The notes beneath the pieces were generated by a model that saw only the letters and a program-made list of their open reading frames with translations, had not been told where the DNA came from and ran no database searches. From positions 22,110-86,109 of the forward strand of contig DOTD01000073.1 of assembly GCA_003513005.1 (NCBI GenBank): a DNA stretch of 64,000 bases, read 5' to 3'. The position numbers and the translations under genes are program-made. The DNA comes from Desulfotomaculum sp. (lineage in GTDB: Bacteria; Bacillota; Desulfotomaculia; Desulfotomaculales; Nap2-2B). Shown in pieces: positions 44,170 through 54,228 of this stretch (positions are counted from its first letter, which is position 1; each line of letters begins with the position of its first letter).

Positions 44170-45111
44170 TTATTCCCAGAGTTTGCTAATCTGTATATTC
44201 TTATAATAGAAACTTATAATATCTTCCGGTGATGAACCTTTCTCAGCCAGCTTTTTAGCTCCCCATTGACACATCCCTACCCCATGTCCGAACCCTCTTC
44301 CACTAAGCACCAACGAACCTTCTTTAACCGCCGCGCCGGTAAGTAAAGTGGAACGCATCAGCTCGCTGCCTATGGCAAGCCGCAGAGCAGGCGCGCTTAC
44401 CGTAACGTTTCCGAGTTGCAGCTGCTCAACTCTTCCGGAAGGGCCTCGTTTTACGACTCTTGCGGATTCAATAGCCCCGGCATCCTTTCCGGTTACTTTT
44501 TTAACCGCCCGGCGAACCTGTTCGATCGGTATCCGCTTTTCCCACAGGCGATTCTCAGGTTTTGTGATGGACAGGCAGTTATCTTTTACTCCCGCTTTTA
44601 CGTAGGGAGTTGGCGTTTTAGTATAACCGAGCCCCTCGGCCGCGGAGGCTGTAATCCCTCCATCGCAGGCATTAAACCAGGCTTTAATGTACTGACCATT
44701 ATAAGTGACCACTTTACCGCGGGTAAGTTTCACAGCCTGGCGCACGCGATTGTTTATTCTTGAAGAATTATAGGCCTGAGATTCCTGTACATCAGTGGAT
44801 ACATCGGTACCGTGCAGTTGACGCACCCGGCCGCTTTGGATGTTTTCCATCGTAAAGGTTCTAGCCAGGATTGCCTGGGCCGCAAGAGAATTTACCGGCC
44901 AGGCGGGTTCCATTTCCGCCGCCACCACGCCGGCTACGTAGTCCTCAAGCTTAATCTGCTTCTTTTGTCCGGTCTCGCTCACGTAAATCGAGATAGTTGG
45001 TTCTTTATTCGGGGCGCCAGGAACCGGCTTGCGGGAAACCTGGCGGGCGCACGCCGTCACCAGAAGGCAGAGTATAAAACTAACGATCAGCATCCCGGTG
45101 AACCGTTTCAA
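44170..45111 (-). CDS. spoIID: SpoIID/LytB-domain protein (stage II sporulation protein D-like lytic transglycosylase)
   Basis: Contains GFGHGVGMCQWGAKKLAEKG and ACDGGITASAAE. It has a TTG start after AAGGAGGAA. Confidence 0.75.
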   Translation of the reverse strand: MKRFTGMLIVSFILCLLVTACARQVSRKPVPGAPNKEPTISIYVSETGQKKQIKLEDYVAGVVAAEMEPAWPVNSLAAQAILARTFTMENIQSGRVRQLHGTDVSTDVQESQAYNSSRINNRVRQAVKLTRGKVVTYNGQYIKAWFNACDGGITASAAEGLGYTKTPTPYVKAGVKDNCLSITKPENRLWEKRIPIEQVRRAVKKVTGKDAGAIESARVVKRGPSGRVEQLQLGNVTVSAPALRLAIGSELMRSTLLTGAAVKEGSLVLSGRGFGHGVGMCQWGAKKLAEKGSSPEDIISFYYKNIQISKLWE

Positions 45112-45382
45112 TTTCTTTTCCTCCTTGTACTAACTAAGTGTTTTTATTCTTAACCCGGAGGAAAAAAAATATGTGTTCACCAAAAGGTACCTTAACACCT
45201 CCTGCCAACTTTTTCCTCTTTAAAAAGATAACCTTGCTGCTATACTTGTCCTTTATGTTAAGGACGTTATTTTGGGCAAGGCGCCCTCACTTAAGGTATC
45301 TTTTTTAAGACAGTTCTCAGGGGGCTAAACAAGCACACCGTCCCTCATAACACACCACCTCCAATACTGGTATATTATGTTA

Positions 45383-45411
45383 ATTATAGCATTATCAAGC
45401 AAATGCCGCAA
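45383..45411 (-). promoter_or_regulatory. Strong sigma-A-type promoter with an extended -10 in the yabO-spoIID spacer
   Basis: The minus strand has TTGCGG, a 17-nt spacer ending in TGc, then TATAAT. Confidence 0.45.
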
Positions 45412-45502
45412 TATACCATAATAGGTATTTTATGGCATTCTGCGAACAAAAAAAGATGGGATCAACAGATCCCTCGCAAAAACTCTTGATTACTGTGAAG
45501 AG

Positions 45503-45527
45503 CAATAAAAGAGGGCCTTTTAGGCCC
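45503..45527 (-). terminator. Intrinsic terminator after yabO
   Basis: The minus strand reads GGGGCC-taaaa-GGCCCT followed by CTTTTATT. Confidence 0.6.
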
Positions 45528-45806
45528 CTACAGGTAGTCTTCTTGCTCGTTTCCTATTCTCCTGTCTTCAAGGACTTTGTACATTTGGGAAACCAGCTTT
45601 GCGGGCATACTCTCCGCCAACATGCAAACTTCCACCTTGAGCCGGCGGCGCCCCAAGCTAATTTCAACAATATCGCCAGGTTTGACACCGGCGCCTGCTT
45701 TTGCCGCACGCCCGTTTACACTGACCAGTCCCCGATCACACACTTCTTTAGCTATTGTTCTTCTTTTGATCAACCGGGAAACTTTCAAGTATTTATCTAC
45801 CCGCAC
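45528..45806 (-). CDS. yabO: S4-domain RNA-binding protein (YabO/Hsp15-like)
   Basis: MRVDKYLKVSRLIKRRTIAKEVCDRGLVSVNGRAAK is an S4 domain. Confidence 0.85.
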   Translation of the reverse strand: MRVDKYLKVSRLIKRRTIAKEVCDRGLVSVNGRAAKAGAGVKPGDIVEISLGRRRLKVEVCMLAESMPAKLVSQMYKVLEDRRIGNEQEDYL

Positions 45807-45850
45807 AAAATCACCAAAAAAATGAAAATGTTTTTAAAAGATGTTCCAAC

Positions 45851-46123
45851 TTAGGAAATTACTTCTCTTAATGATTTTCCGGCCTTAAACACAGGTACAC
45901 GGGTAGCGGCGATATCAATTTCCTGCCCCGTCTGGGGATTGCGGCCCTTACGGGCAGCACGCTCTCTGATCTCAAACGTCCCGAATCCTACCAACTGAAC
46001 CCTGTCGCCCCTTACCAGGGCTTCTTCGACAGCTTCAATCAGGGCTGAAACCGCCCTTTCTGCATCTTTTTTAGTAAGATCCGATTTTTCGGCTACCTGT
46101 GCAATTAGTTCTGCCTTGTTCAT
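45851..46123 (-). CDS. hup: HU-family nucleoid DNA-binding protein
   Basis: [25 protein letters not shown]...[10 protein letters not shown]. The start is at ATG 46123 after GAGGGGGG. Confidence 0.9.
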   Translation of the reverse strand: MNKAELIAQVAEKSDLTKKDAERAVSALIEAVEEALVRGDRVQLVGFGTFEIRERAARKGRNPQTGQEIDIAATRVPVFKAGKSLREVIS

Positions 46124-46174
46124 AAATACCCCCCTCATTGGATTTTGGTATGTTTTTATTATTCGCTATAATAA

Positions 46175-47722
46175 TTACAAGTTCCTTCCGCCAAGAAAAT
46201 ATTTCCTACTTTTTTTATTCTTTTCTACCTTTTTTGCTTCTTCCCACCAAACGTCCAACTCATCCAGGGAAAATTCGGAAATCTCCTTGTTGCTGATCCG
46301 TGCTTTTTCTTCAATATAATGGAAGCGGTTGATAAATCTGTTTACCGTTCCGGAAAGGGCCACCTCCGCATCAACCCCAAGAAGGCGGGAGAGGTTTGTC
46401 AGGGCAAAAAACAAGTCTCCGGCTTCCGCTTCCATCTCATCAGGAGAGTTTTCCGCAATGGCCAAGGTCAGTTCTTTCAGTTCCTCCTTAACCTTTTCCA
46501 TTGCCCCGCGGTAATCGGTCCAGTCAAATCCGGCTTTGGACGCCTTGGCTTGTACATCACCTGCCCGTAAGATGGCCGGGAGGTATTTGGGGACACCGTC
46601 TAAAATTGAATCCCTGGGGATTATTCTTCTTTCCCTGTTTTTAATCATTTCCCAGTTAGATTCTACTTCAGCGCTGTCCGTCACTATAACATTGCCAAAT
46701 ACATGGGGATGTCTTTCAATCATTTTCTTAATGATCCCGGTAATTACGTCATTAAGATCGAAAGCGCCTTCTTCCCTGGCAAGTTGGGAATGAAAAACAA
46801 TTTGCAGTAATAAGTCTCCCAGTTCCTCACATATTTTATACACATCTTCCTGCTCTATAGCGTCAACAACCTCATATGACTCCTCCAGGACGTATTTTCG
46901 CAAAGTCTTATGTGTCTGCTCCCTGTCCCAGGGGCAGCCTTTCTCGGAACGCAGGATCTCCATTATCTCAACAAGCTGGTCCATGGGGTAACAGGCTTTT
47001 GCGATTTCGGGACCGGGCGGCAGATAAATACTGGTCAGGTGGTCTATCCAGTCAAGGCGGTCTATCCTGTACAGAGGATGCTCTTCAATCCTTTGAAGAT
47101 CATGAACTCCTGCGGCCCTGACAATAACAACCTTGTAATCAGGCGGATAGCTTTCCATCAAAAGCAGCTTGATATCCGAGGCGACAAGACGGTTGTATAC
47201 CTGAAGTATTATGCCTCCTATATTTGGCCGGGGAATTTTTCCTTTAAGAAAGGAGCCGTCCAGGATAAGAAGCCCTTTTAAAGGATCAATGCCCAGTGCT
47301 GCTGTTATAGCGTCGAGAGCGCTCATTGCCGGCAGAACATCAACGTCCAGGTTTAATGAGGCCGCTTGCTGAACAATAAGCTCCACTGTTTCTTCCGCAA
47401 CAAACGGGCTGCCCGGCACCGCATAAATAACAGGCCCCCGGCCGGCCTGCTCAAGCACACTGGAAGCTATTTTCCTATAAACATCCTGAAAGTTCATTCC
47501 ATCTTCGTACAAGTTATCAAAAGCGGTGAAATGTATCCCCTGCTGCTTTAACCACGGCACAACAGGATGCTCCTCTGTACGAAGGAGTATCCGCTCACCC
47601 TGCTTCAAGGCCTCCCACACCATCAGGGGAATTTGCCCCGGATCTCCGGGACCCAACCCTACAATTGTTATTCGGGAATTTCGTTTGTGCGGTGTTTGGC
47701 CCTCCCAAGAAGCCGAAAACAT
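46175..47722 (-). CDS. yabN: YabN-type fusion: tetrapyrrole-methylase-like domain plus MazG nucleoside triphosphate pyrophosphohydrolase
   Basis: The N-terminus reads ITIVGLGPGDPGQIP. The C-terminus has two MazG repeats (EESYEVVDAIE.. and EEAGDLFFAL..). Confidence 0.85.
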   Translation of the reverse strand: MFSASWEGQTPHKRNSRITIVGLGPGDPGQIPLMVWEALKQGERILLRTEEHPVVPWLKQQGIHFTAFDNLYEDGMNFQDVYRKIASSVLEQAGRGPVIYAVPGSPFVAEETVELIVQQAASLNLDVDVLPAMSALDAITAALGIDPLKGLLILDGSFLKGKIPRPNIGGIILQVYNRLVASDIKLLLMESYPPDYKVVIVRAAGVHDLQRIEEHPLYRIDRLDWIDHLTSIYLPPGPEIAKACYPMDQLVEIMEILRSEKGCPWDREQTHKTLRKYVLEESYEVVDAIEQEDVYKICEELGDLLLQIVFHSQLAREEGAFDLNDVITGIIKKMIERHPHVFGNVIVTDSAEVESNWEMIKNRERRIIPRDSILDGVPKYLPAILRAGDVQAKASKAGFDWTDYRGAMEKVKEELKELTLAIAENSPDEMEAEAGDLFFALTNLSRLLGVDAEVALSGTVNRFINRFHYIEEKARISNKEISEFSLDELDVWWEEAKKVEKNKKSRKYFLGGRNL

Positions 47723-47841
47723 TTTTTATTTTATCTCTCCTTTGTTCTTAAGAAAGAAGGTTTTCGGTAATATGCCTTCTTAAAGTATGAATATACAAAT
47801 TCCTGACGTTAAGCAACTATTTGGTCGCTTAAAATCCTATT

Positions 47842-47863
47842 AAAAAAAGTGGCCTCCGGCCAC
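47842..47863 (-). terminator. Intrinsic (bidirectional-looking) terminator after spoVT
   Basis: GTGGCC-tcc-GGCCAC is flanked by A7 on one side and T7 on the other. Confidence 0.7.
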
Positions 47864-47869
47864 CTTTTT

Positions 47870-48430
47870 TTATTGTTCCATTTGTTTGGCTAAAAACCCG
47901 GCTGCCGTTTCGGCCAGTTTCAGCTCCAGTTCACCCATTCTTTTTTCCGGCTCCTTTGAAGCCAGAATCACAGCCCCGATAGGATCCCCCCCGCAAATAA
48001 TCGGCGCGATTACTTCGGAAGAATACTTGCATTCACCATTATCTATAATCATGCATTCTTTACAAAACGGATCCTCACCGGGATTGTTGATCACCACCGT
48101 TCTGCGTTCTTCCATGGCTTTTTCAAGAGCAGGGCCAATTGGCTTGTTGAGATATTCCTTCTTAGGAGCGCCGGCAGCGGCAATTATCATATCCCGGTCA
48201 GCAATGCAGGCAATATGCCCTAAAGCTTCATAAAGCGAGTCGGCATATTCTTTGGCAAAATCCCCTAATTCTCCAATGGGTGAATATTTTTTTAGGATTA
48301 CTTCGCCTTCTCTGTCAACAAAAATCTCCAAAGGATCGCCCTCACGGATACGTAAGGTTCTGCGGATCTCTTTCGGGATTACCACTCGCCCCAAATCATC
48401 AATACGACGAACAATACCAGTTGCTTTCAC
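47870..48430 (-). CDS. spoVT: Stage V sporulation protein T (AbrB-family regulator with GAF-like domain)
   Basis: MKATGIVRRIDDLGRVVIPKEIRRTLRIREGDPLEIF (GTG start), 186 aa. Confidence 0.9.
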   Translation of the reverse strand: MKATGIVRRIDDLGRVVIPKEIRRTLRIREGDPLEIFVDREGEVILKKYSPIGELGDFAKEYADSLYEALGHIACIADRDMIIAAAGAPKKEYLNKPIGPALEKAMEERRTVVINNPGEDPFCKECMIIDNGECKYSSEVIAPIICGGDPIGAVILASKEPEKRMGELELKLAETAAGFLAKQMEQ

Positions 48431-48647
48431 GGATCAGCCTCCCTCCTTGTTTTTAAAAACTGAGCAATAGATCCTTTATTGATAGTATATAACAAGGGAA
48501 AGAAGGTTATTCATTTTTTACCAGTACCTGCGAAATAAATTTCAGATTTCGAAAAAATCCAATGTTATTCGCTTTTTCAGCTGCCACTTATATTCTAAAT
48601 TATTCCTTAAGGTCAGGCAAGCTTTTATTTAGCAGGCTTTTTAAGGT

Positions 48648-51600
48648 TTACAAAAGGCGGCGCAGAAAGTCTTCGATAAAGGCCAAGTAACTGACAGGGT
48701 TCAAAGGAGAAATCCTCGTTTTCAGCCTGATCTCAAATTCATCGGAGTTGTTGAATTTGACCTGATTTTGATAATGACGGACAATAGCGACCAGTTTTTC
48801 ACCGCTTAAGGAATGCTGACTGTGAAACTGCATCCGGTAGCCGCCTGCATATCCGGTGAGGTTTTTTACCCCGGCCTGACTGGCCAGCGCTTTGCACCTT
48901 GTGATCATTAAAAGGTTGCGTACCGGCTCCGGCTGATCACCATAACGGTCAACCAACTCTTCCTCCAGGTCCAGTATTTCATCCTCCCTGCGAAAGGAGG
49001 CCAAACGGCGGTAAAGATCAATTTTTTGATCGGGGTCAGGAACATAGCTGCTTGGGATATAAGCCTCAACAGGCATTTCTACGGAAGTATCAACCGCACG
49101 CTGGACAGTTTCACCTTTGGCCTCCATGACCGCCTCTTCCAACAAACGGCAGTAAAGATCAAATCCGACCGCAGCAATATGGCCGTGCTGTTCAGGCCCC
49201 AGTAAATTTCCGGCGCCGCGGATTTCCAAATCCTTCATGGCTATTTTATATCCGGAACCGAATTCGGTAAATTCACGGATTGCCGCCAGCCTTTTTTCCG
49301 CCACTTCAGAAATAATCCGGTTTCCAGGAAAAGTAAAGTAAGCATAAGCCAGTTTGTTTGACCTGCCAACTCTTCCGCGAAGCTGGTATAACTGGGCAAG
49401 GCCGAGATTCTGCGCATCCTTGACAATCAGTGTATTTACATTCGGTATATCCATCCCGTTTTCAATAATCGTTGTACAGACTAAAACATCATATTCGTAA
49501 TTAACGAAATCAAACATAACCTGCTCCAGTTCGTCTTCACGCATCTGACCATGGGCAACGACTATCCTCGCGCCGGGAACAAGGCCCTGCAGCCAACAGG
49601 CGGAGCTGTCAAGGCCGGCAACCCTGTTGTGGACAAAATAAACCTGGCCCCGGCGTCCAATTTCCCTGCGGATCGCCTCCCTGATCAGCACGGTGTCTTC
49701 TTCAAGGACATAGGTCTGGACAGGAAAACGGTTCTCCGGGGGGGTCTGGATCAGACTTGTGTCACGAACACCGGCCATTGACATATGAAGCGTGCGTGGA
49801 ATTGGGGTGGCGGTCAGTGTAAGCACATCAACATTTTCTTTTATTTTTTTAAGTTTTTCTTTATGAGCGACCCCAAAACGCTGCTCTTCATCAACTACAA
49901 CCAGGCCTAAATCTTTAAAGACAATGTCTTCCTGAACCAGACGGTGGGTCCCGATTACTACATCAACTTTGCCGGCGCTCAAGTTTGAGACTACCTGTCT
50001 TTGCTCCTGGGCGGATCGAAACCTGCTGAGCATTTCAACCGAAACCGGAAAACCATTGAAACGTTCCGTAAAGGTATTGTAGTGCTGTTGGGCGAGAATA
50101 GTTGTAGGAACCAGTACGGCAACCTGCTTTCCCTCCGTTACAGCTTTGAAAGCTGCCCTTAAGGCAACTTCCGTTTTACCATAACCGACATCGCCGCATA
50201 ACAATCTGTCCATCGGCCTTACTTTTTCCATATCATCCTTAACTTCCTCAACGGTCCTCAGCTGATCGGGGGTTTCCTCGTACGGGAAAGAAGCCTCAAA
50301 TTCCCGCTGCCAGACAGTATCCGGATTAAAAGCATAACCGGGCAGCTTTTGACGGGCGGCATATAAAGCCAGCAGTTCACCCGCCATTTCACGAACGGCT
50401 TCTTTTACCCTCCCCTTGACACGGGACCACTCGCTTCCGCCCAAACGCGACAACCTGGGAGTCTCCGCCTCTGCGCCAAGGTATTTTTGAACGAGGCCGA
50501 CTTGATCCGTAGGCACATACAACCTGTCTTCCCCGGTGTACTGAACAAGCAGGTACTCCTTTTGAATATCTTCTATTTCAAGAGAAACTATCCCTTGGAA
50601 ACGGCCGATTCCATGATTTTGATGGACTACAAAATCGCCGGCCTTTAAATCGGCAAACGATTCCAGCTGTCTTGAACGCCGGGGCCGCTCCCTTTGAGTT
50701 TTCACCGGGCGGCTGAAAATTTCTTTTTCCGTAATTACCACCAGGTTGCCGGAAACAAATTCAAATCCCTCGTTTAAGGCGCCTGTTGTTATAACAACCT
50801 GTCCCGGTTTTAATTCCTGATTCAGATCTTCCGTTGTAAGCGGGTTAATTCCGGCGTCAATTAAGGATTCCTGCAAATGGAGGGCGCGCTTTCTGCTTCC
50901 AATTACCAGGACAATTAGGCAGCCCATTTTAATGAAATATTTTATTTCCTCAAAAAGAGTATCCAAATGCCCGTAAAAAGCTCTTCTGCTCTTTGTGGTA
51001 AAAGACACACTGTTTTGAGAAATTACGTCCTGTGATTGCCTTTGCAGCAAAGACAGATAGATAACCCGGAAACGGCTTAAAGCTTCCTCAACATACCGCC
51101 AGTCAACATAACCGCCGGACTGCATGGGAAGAACCTTTCCGTTAATCATCAGTTCCGTATAAATCTGTTCCCGTTCCCTGCCGATGCTTTCAACAATTTC
51201 TTTTATTCTTACGGGATCATCCACGAAGACTGAACAGTCTGCGGGCAAATAGTCAAACAATGTTACAGGCCGGGGATAAAAATAAGGCAGCAGCTGCTCC
51301 CATCCCAGTGAATAAAATCCCTCCTGCAGCTGCAGGATTACTGCTTCGGCAAATTCAACGAGTTTACCGCCCGCTTCGCCGGAACCGGCCCGCTTAGGTT
51401 TGTTCAACTGGTTATGATAATCAGCTTCTATCCTTTCTAACGCCGCTGCCCTGATTTCCTCATTAGATACCAGTTCCCTGGCGGCAAAGAAGGTTATTTC
51501 CTGAACGTTCTCTTCCGACCTCTGGGATTCCTCATCGAAAAACCTGATTGAATCCACTTCTTCGTCAAAAAATTCTATTCGGAAAGGGCGCCTAAAATTT

Positions 51601-52157
51601 AAAGGAAATATATCAATAATGCCGCCCCTGCTGCTGAACTGACCCTTCCCCTCAACTAAATCAACATATTCATAGCCAAAGTTTAAAAGTCTGAGTTTGA
51701 GTTCCCTAAGATCAACTCTTTCCCCCACTTTTACACAGATTTTAGTATTCAAAAAAACATCCGGCGGAGATAACCTTCTAAGAAGGGCTTCGATTGGTGA
51801 AACAACTATCAGGCTTTCTCCGCTGACCAACGCTTCCAGTACCTCCAGCCTCCGGGAAGGCGCCTCCTGGTCGTGGGCCAGAACCTGAAAAGGCAGCAGC
51901 TGCCAGGTAGGGAAATAACAAATCCTGCTTTCCGGTAAAAAAGCAACGAGTTCATCAACCAAAGCAATCGCTTCGGCGTCCCCGGACGTTACAACCAGTA
52001 TCGGAACATTTTGCCGGCGGGCAACTCCCCCAATTAGAAAACTGCGCTGGGAACCTGCCAGGCCAATAACAGCCTGACGTTTAAGTTGCTTGTCCAGACC
52101 CAGGCTCAGACTTTTAAATTGATTTGTTTGAAATAAAGGTTGGAATAATCCCTGCAT
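48648..52157 (-). CDS. mfd: Transcription-repair coupling factor
   Basis: 1169 aa with the helicase motifs CGDVGYGKTEVA and DEEQRFGV and a TRG-type C-terminus. Confidence 0.95.
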   Translation of the reverse strand: MQGLFQPLFQTNQFKSLSLGLDKQLKRQAVIGLAGSQRSFLIGGVARRQNVPILVVTSGDAEAIALVDELVAFLPESRICYFPTWQLLPFQVLAHDQEAPSRRLEVLEALVSGESLIVVSPIEALLRRLSPPDVFLNTKICVKVGERVDLRELKLRLLNFGYEYVDLVEGKGQFSSRGGIIDIFPLNFRRPFRIEFFDEEVDSIRFFDEESQRSEENVQEITFFAARELVSNEEIRAAALERIEADYHNQLNKPKRAGSGEAGGKLVEFAEAVILQLQEGFYSLGWEQLLPYFYPRPVTLFDYLPADCSVFVDDPVRIKEIVESIGREREQIYTELMINGKVLPMQSGGYVDWRYVEEALSRFRVIYLSLLQRQSQDVISQNSVSFTTKSRRAFYGHLDTLFEEIKYFIKMGCLIVLVIGSRKRALHLQESLIDAGINPLTTEDLNQELKPGQVVITTGALNEGFEFVSGNLVVITEKEIFSRPVKTQRERPRRSRQLESFADLKAGDFVVHQNHGIGRFQGIVSLEIEDIQKEYLLVQYTGEDRLYVPTDQVGLVQKYLGAEAETPRLSRLGGSEWSRVKGRVKEAVREMAGELLALYAARQKLPGYAFNPDTVWQREFEASFPYEETPDQLRTVEEVKDDMEKVRPMDRLLCGDVGYGKTEVALRAAFKAVTEGKQVAVLVPTTILAQQHYNTFTERFNGFPVSVEMLSRFRSAQEQRQVVSNLSAGKVDVVIGTHRLVQEDIVFKDLGLVVVDEEQRFGVAHKEKLKKIKENVDVLTLTATPIPRTLHMSMAGVRDTSLIQTPPENRFPVQTYVLEEDTVLIREAIRREIGRRGQVYFVHNRVAGLDSSACWLQGLVPGARIVVAHGQMREDELEQVMFDFVNYEYDVLVCTTIIENGMDIPNVNTLIVKDAQNLGLAQLYQLRGRVGRSNKLAYAYFTFPGNRIISEVAEKRLAAIREFTEFGSGYKIAMKDLEIRGAGNLLGPEQHGHIAAVGFDLYCRLLEEAVMEAKGETVQRAVDTSVEMPVEAYIPSSYVPDPDQKIDLYRRLASFRREDEILDLEEELVDRYGDQPEPVRNLLMITRCKALASQAGVKNLTGYAGGYRMQFHSQHSLSGEKLVAIVRHYQNQVKFNNSDEFEIRLKTRISPLNPVSYLAFIEDFLRRLL

Positions 52158-52387
52158 TTGATTACCTTCCAGTGTAAAAAGGCATTACAAAAGGAGCTTT
52201 AGCAGCGCGCGCTAAAACAGGGACAAAGAAATATTTATCCCTTATCTATATTATAAATTATTATAAATTATATTATCGGTAAAATCTACCTGCTTTATAC
52301 CGTGTTGCGCCTTACGGAATTGTTTGACTTAAATAAACGCTTCTGATACCATCAGGTAATAAACTTTTCTTTAACGAGGTGTGAATT

Positions 52388-53410
52388 TTGGGCAGTGTAA
52401 AGGATCTAACAGTTTGTACGCCGGCTGTTAAAGACCGCAGCGGAATTGGCATTTTTTCATTTTCAGACCGTTACTCTGTTTTTGACTGGGGGGAAATGCC
52501 TGATCAAATCGAAAACAAAGGCGCTTCCCTTTGCCTTGTAAGCGCATATTTTTTTGAACGGCTTCAGGAAAAAGGAATTAAAACACACTATCTTGGAATC
52601 ATTGAAAATGGAAAGGCAAAAAGACTTTCTGAACTGTCCGGTCCATCTAATTCCATGAAAGTAAGCCTGCTCAGGGTCATCGAACCCCCGGTAAAAAATA
52701 ACGAATACGATTATTCGGCTTATCGTCTGGAAGGAGCGAATTTTCTCATTCCTCTGGAAATAATCTACCGGCGTTCGCTGCCGGAAGGTTCCAGTGTGTT
52801 TAAAAGACTGGAAGAAGGCGGCTTAAAGCCTGAAGACCTGGGATTTAAAGATATGCCCGTGCCTGGTATGGTCCTCGACAAACCCTTTCTTGACGTTTCG
52901 ACCAAACTGGAGGCAAGCGACCGCTATATCGATTGGAATACGGCAATGAAGATTGCCGGTCTGGACAATCAAGAAATTGAAGATATAAAGAGAATAACCG
53001 TTTACATTAGTGAACTGATCACTCAAGAAGCAGGCAGGCTGGGACTAATTAACGAAGACGGGAAAATCGAAATCGGATTTGACGAAAATAGAAAATTAAC
53101 TGTTGCCGATGTATTGGGCACACTGGACGAATGCCGCTTTACATTTCAGGGAGTCCCCGTCAGCAAAGAAATAGCAAGAATTTATTACAGAAATACGGAC
53201 TGGTACCGCAGCATTGAAAAAGCCAAGAAAAGAAATAACATAAACTGGAAAGAAGATTTTCAGGTTGTACCCCCAAAACTCCCGGCAAGACTGAAAGTTC
53301 TCATCGGGCTGCTTTACAGCGCCTGCGCTAATGAGATAACCGGCAGGGAATGGTTCGCAAACGTTCCTCCTTTAAAGGAAATCGTCCGCGAAGCAAGCGA
53401 ATATATTTAA
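52388..53410 (+). CDS. SAICAR synthetase-family protein (long PurC-like form)
   Basis: Contains FSFSDRYSVFDW and LINEDGKIEIGFD. It has a TTG start after GAGGTG. At 340 aa it is longer than a typical PurC and is not in a pur operon. Confidence 0.6.
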   Translation: MGSVKDLTVCTPAVKDRSGIGIFSFSDRYSVFDWGEMPDQIENKGASLCLVSAYFFERLQEKGIKTHYLGIIENGKAKRLSELSGPSNSMKVSLLRVIEPPVKNNEYDYSAYRLEGANFLIPLEIIYRRSLPEGSSVFKRLEEGGLKPEDLGFKDMPVPGMVLDKPFLDVSTKLEASDRYIDWNTAMKIAGLDNQEIEDIKRITVYISELITQEAGRLGLINEDGKIEIGFDENRKLTVADVLGTLDECRFTFQGVPVSKEIARIYYRNTDWYRSIEKAKKRNNINWKEDFQVVPPKLPARLKVLIGLLYSACANEITGREWFANVPPLKEIVREASEYI

Positions 53411-53477
53411 AAAATATTTTCCGTACAGGCACTCTTTTAAAGCCATCTCCATATTATTAAATACATTTTAATATTAT

Positions 53478-54200
53478 ATGGGAGGTGGCATAGTGCTACC
53501 AGGCTTATGGACCTTGGCAGTTTTGTCGTTATTAAATGGTCTTTTGCTGCTGGTATCGTACATTGCCAATAACACTTTTCCTCAGCCTCTTTCCGAAGAG
53601 GAGGAAAAGAAATGCCTGGTTCAACTCACCAAAGGAAGCGAGGAGGCAAGAAACAAGCTCACTGAACATAACTTAAGGCTCGTAGCCCATATCGTAAAAA
53701 AATACGACAATACCGGTGAAGATTTAGACGATTTGATCTCGATCGGCACAATAGGATTAATCAAGGCTATCAAAACATTCAACCCTTCAAAGGGAACCCG
53801 TCTGGCAACCTATGCGGCGCGCTGCATCGACAATGAAATATTAATGCATCTGAGATTTATCAAGAAAGTTCGCTCGGAAGTTTCGCTTTATGACCCTATA
53901 GGGCTGGATAAGGAAGGCAACGAAATTACTTTAATCGACGTACTTGGCACCCACTCGGAAATCGTTGCTGAGACAGTAGAAAGCCTTTTCGAGAAAAAAA
54001 GACTGCTGGAAAAAATATGCAAGCTGAGCAAAAGGGAAAAAAGAGTGCTGGAACTCCGCTTCGGCCTGGGAACCGACAGGTATGACACACAACGCGAGAT
54101 AGCCAAGAAACTTGGAATATCACGATCGTATGTTTCACGAATTGAGAAACGTGCGCTGAATAAGCTGACAAAGGAATTTAACGCCGAGGGCTGCCAGTAA
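53478..54200 (+). CDS. sigK: Sporulation sigma factor K (pro-sigma-K), uninterrupted
   Basis: [25 protein letters not shown]....[35 protein letters not shown] closely parallels the pro-sigma-K leader and region 2. The start may be GTG 53493. Confidence 0.85.
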   Translation: MGGGIVLPGLWTLAVLSLLNGLLLLVSYIANNTFPQPLSEEEEKKCLVQLTKGSEEARNKLTEHNLRLVAHIVKKYDNTGEDLDDLISIGTIGLIKAIKTFNPSKGTRLATYAARCIDNEILMHLRFIKKVRSEVSLYDPIGLDKEGNEITLIDVLGTHSEIVAETVESLFEKKRLLEKICKLSKREKRVLELRFGLGTDRYDTQREIAKKLGISRSYVSRIEKRALNKLTKEFNAEGCQ

Positions 54201-54228
54201 GGCGGCCCTCTGATTTATAAAAGCTTTT

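Noticed and set aside
52241-52275. Short tandem repeat attataaatt/attataaatt in the mfd/purC-like divergent spacer
   Set aside because: It has only two units in an AT-rich promoter region, next to a plausible TTGACT-17-TACCAT promoter for the purC-like gene. That is not distinctive enough to call a feature.
53478-54200. Possibility of a skin-like intervening element splitting sigK
   Set aside because: The ORF is continuous from the pro-sequence through region 4 (240 aa), so there is no interruption and nothing unusual here.
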